Shown here piece by piece: positions 39,721 to 64,000 of a stretch of 64,000 nt of DNA; within the stretch, counting starts at the first letter, position 1; every line of letters begins with the position of its first letter. The notes beneath the pieces are model-generated. The model ran no database searches and was not told the DNA's origin. It was given only the letters and a program-made list of their open reading frames with translations. Made by a program: the position numbers and the translations under genes. Location of the stretch: assembly GCF_001194135.2 (NCBI RefSeq), contig NC_068999.1:53777268-53841267 (forward strand), given 5' to 3'. Source of the DNA: Octopus bimaculoides. Lineage: Eukaryota.

Positions 39721-40324
39721 TACTGTCACAGGGCTCTTGCAAGCCAATCCTCTTCAGCAGGGGATGTGGCATTAATGCTTCTGCTGTGAAGGATGGATCT
39801 TCTTGAGTACAGCAAAGCGCCAGATATCTTGGTACTTTGTCATCTCAGATGCCAGATTTCTCAGTTGTTTGTCATATATATATATATTCTAAACAGTCTC
39901 CATGTATAAAATTTACTTACCAGCCTCGAGCTATAGCAAAAGACACCATACAAGATGCTCAAGATGCCACACAATAGGATTGTATCCAAAACCATGTAGA
40001 TGTTGTTTTAAAACCTGCATTGCTTAAAAATGCATTCAATTATATTAATTAATATTTTCCACATTTCAAATTAATTAACTGCTTAAATTTATGTTTTCTA
40101 TATCTTTCCTTTTCAGATGTGGTGGAAAATTTTCATTAATATCTTCAATATTATTGTTTCCATTACTCAACTAAGATGAAGATGTCAAGGCAAAACTTCA
40201 CTGTGAGAATTCCTGCGAGGAATCAGTTTGATTTCTCTTTGATAACATTCTATTTAATCAACTCTTTACTCTAGTTGTGACGTTCTTCCACACACACACC
40301 CCTCTGTGTAGGCTCTAGCTAGTC

Positions 40325-61801
<21,477 letters not shown>

Positions 61802-62063
61802 GTGAGTAGATTACAGCCTTTTTTGTTGTTGTTGTTGTTCTTTCTCATTAACTTGTTTAACATTGATTCCTCATCTTTTACTACCATTTCTCTTCCTCTT
61901 CAGCTGTAATGTATGTGTAAACACTTATGCACATGTGTGTGTGTAATTGAAAATATGACCAGTTTTTTTTTTTGGTGGGGGAAGGATTTTTTTTCCCTAT
62001 TTCTTTATCGGGTTTTTGTTTCTTTTCAAACAGTAATCTTTATAGACTTATAAGCATTTTAAG

Positions 62064-62231
62064 CAGTAATGTAGCCCGGAGGGTGGCATATGGGGTGGAA
62101 GTAGTCTGCCCCAGATGACATTTTGACAGAGGTGGCAATTTTGGGTCTGTCTGTATAGGCTTGGGGGGCCCAGGGTGGGGGAGGCAAATTCAAAGGTTGC
62201 CTCAGACAGCACATCTCTAGCTATGTCGCTG
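62064..62231. mobile_element. hAT MITE (CAGTGGCGTAGC-type TIR)
   Basis: CAGTAATGTAGC ... GCTATGTCGCTG, with a perfect 8 bp TSD ATTTTAAG at 62056-62063 and 62232-62239. Confidence 0.85.
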
Positions 62232-62989
62232 ATTTTAAGACTTTACTGGTTTTACCTCATAAACAAAATAACTTTAGTGATGTTTGTTATTGCTGCTGCT
62301 GTTGACTGATAATCCATCTACAGCAAGTTTTGTATAATGTATAAATATAATAGTATTGATGATGACAAAAAAAATTGTCATCATCTTATGTCTGCTTTCT
62401 ATGTTCAATAGGTTGTTGTGACCTGAGTCAATTCTTATTCAGAATTACTACCCTCCAAGATGGGTCCAAAGCCCATGACATGGTTATACAGTTCATTTTT
62501 TGCTCGGTTTCTACACTTAGATATGTTTCACTTGACCAATCATTTGACAGTGTGTACTAGATGCACTTTATTGTTGTACCAGCACTACAGAGGTTGTTGT
62601 AGCCTTGACAAAACTAAGGAGTTCTCTTAACCCTATGTTATCTCTGTTCATTCACCAACCATGTTGTACTGAGTGCATTTCATCATGACACCAACATTCA
62701 TGAGGTTATCTTGCATCATGTAAGGTTAGAGCAACCACATCAAAGAAGAGAGAAAAAAAACAAAACTAAAAGATTATTCCTTGAAGCTATATTACTTGCA
62801 AAATAATATAATGCATCTAGTATCAAACCAGACAGCACAGTCATACTGCTTTTTGATTGGTCAAAGAAACCTCATATCAGTAGTTAGACAATTTCAAATG
62901 TGGTGGTAATGATGGCTAAACAGGCACAGTATCTGTTCTATGATAAAAACAGTGATAACAAACATTACCAATGCTGGTGCTGCAAGAAG

Positions 62990-63160
62990 AGAATCCAGTA
63001 CACTCTGTAAGGTGGTTAGGGTTAGGAAGGACACCCAGCTGTAGACATCTTGTCAAAGCAGACAATGGAGACAAACCCAACCCTCAGGCTAGTCAGACCC
63101 TGTTGAACTGTCCAACCAATGCTAGCACGGAACACAGACATTAAAAGAATGATGATGATG
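62990..63160 (+). mobile_element. SINE family C
   Basis: CACTCTGTAAGGTGGTTAGGGTTAGGAAGGACACCCAGCTGTAG..TCCAACCAATGCTAGCACGGAACACAGACATTAAAAGAATGATGATGATGA. Confidence 0.7.
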
Positions 63161-63350
63161 ACTAAAGTTATATTACTTCACAAAATAAAAACTAGTTGGG
63201 TTTTCAAAATGTTACTGGGCCTCAAAAGCTTATTGTTCTACAGAAAAACATTAAGGACTAATAAGGCAATATGAAAAAAATATTTAATAAAAAAATTGAA
63301 TCTGGGAAATATTCAATAATACATGTTTATAAGTAAAACCCTCTTTCTCC

Positions 63351-63413
<63 letters not shown>

Positions 63414-64000
63414 TGCTGTGTGTGTTATGTACATGTGTCTAACTTTGGCCTTCTATATATGTTCTGAGAAATATTTACAAGCAGTTGATTAGTATTACTA
63501 ATACAACTAATCTTGACTAACTGAATTGTGCATGGTTTACTTTTTCAGAATCTTGCAAATATTACAACTAAAACCTGTTTCTCCTCTTATGCTTCATTGG
63601 ATTGCAATATAAATTTGATTTAATTAATCTCCATGAATGAGGCTTGAAACAGCCACCCCTTTGCTTTGCCTGCTTTCTTTCTCTCTCAAATTTCCCCTCT
63701 GCTTCAATTTTCTTTTTTAACTATTAAACTTGCCTCTGTTCCACTGGAAAGAGATGAATGTCAGTATCAACATTGTCATCATCATCATCATCATCATCAC
63801 CACCACTTGAATTATCATCCTCTTCCTCTTCATCAGTGCCTGTATTTTTACCTTATTGTTACATAGGATATGTATTACTTATGCTTGTTCATCCAGCTTG
63901 ACAATAAATCTTGAAATTTCATCCCAAACTAAAAGTAATATTCCAAATAATTATTCCCAGTTCGTATTATCAATTCATCATTGACCTTTTTTTTTATGTC

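Noticed and set aside
62375-62560. ORF containing FLFRITTLQDGS after a TTCAATAG acceptor, vaguely like a pore motif (possible second exon 15)
   Set aside because: No GW, no K or E at the filter position, wrong phase for a phase-0 junction, no S6-like end or suitable donor. The sequence resembles the local dispersed repeat.

Overview
Eukaryotic, AT-rich, microsatellite- and SINE-dense sequence. The repeat families and composition suggest an octopus (coleoid cephalopod) genome; this is an inference. The main feature is the 5' part of NALCN (sodium leak channel, non-selective) on the + strand. It has 12 coding exons from ATG 40325 to 61801 (1767 nt, 589 aa), all with GT-AG boundaries and a continuous reading frame. 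These exons cover domain I and domain II up to the pore/S6, and the gene continues beyond the window. Both pore exons seen carry Glu (SQEGW, TQEGW). The domain II pore exon matches 'exon 15', which in molluscs has mutually exclusive E/K versions; no K version is visible in the window. A CpG-rich candidate promoter near 32.6 kb has splice donors pointing in both directions. The first 32 kb holds only weak candidate exons of an unidentified gene, plus relics of RTE, R4/Dong-like and Tigger/mariner elements. Across the window there are also a HERO-like LINE, hAT and piggyBac MITEs, Helentron-like elements and several tRNA-derived SINE families. Worth a second look: a ~425 nt near-perfect intronic hairpin, a perfect 58 bp inverted repeat starting 7 nt into an intron, and two charge-reversal codons (E89 for conserved K; K for conserved E/Q in the DI pore helix) that could relate to A-to-I recoding. 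There are six N-gaps, and most ORFs in the supplied track are microsatellite or gap artefacts.
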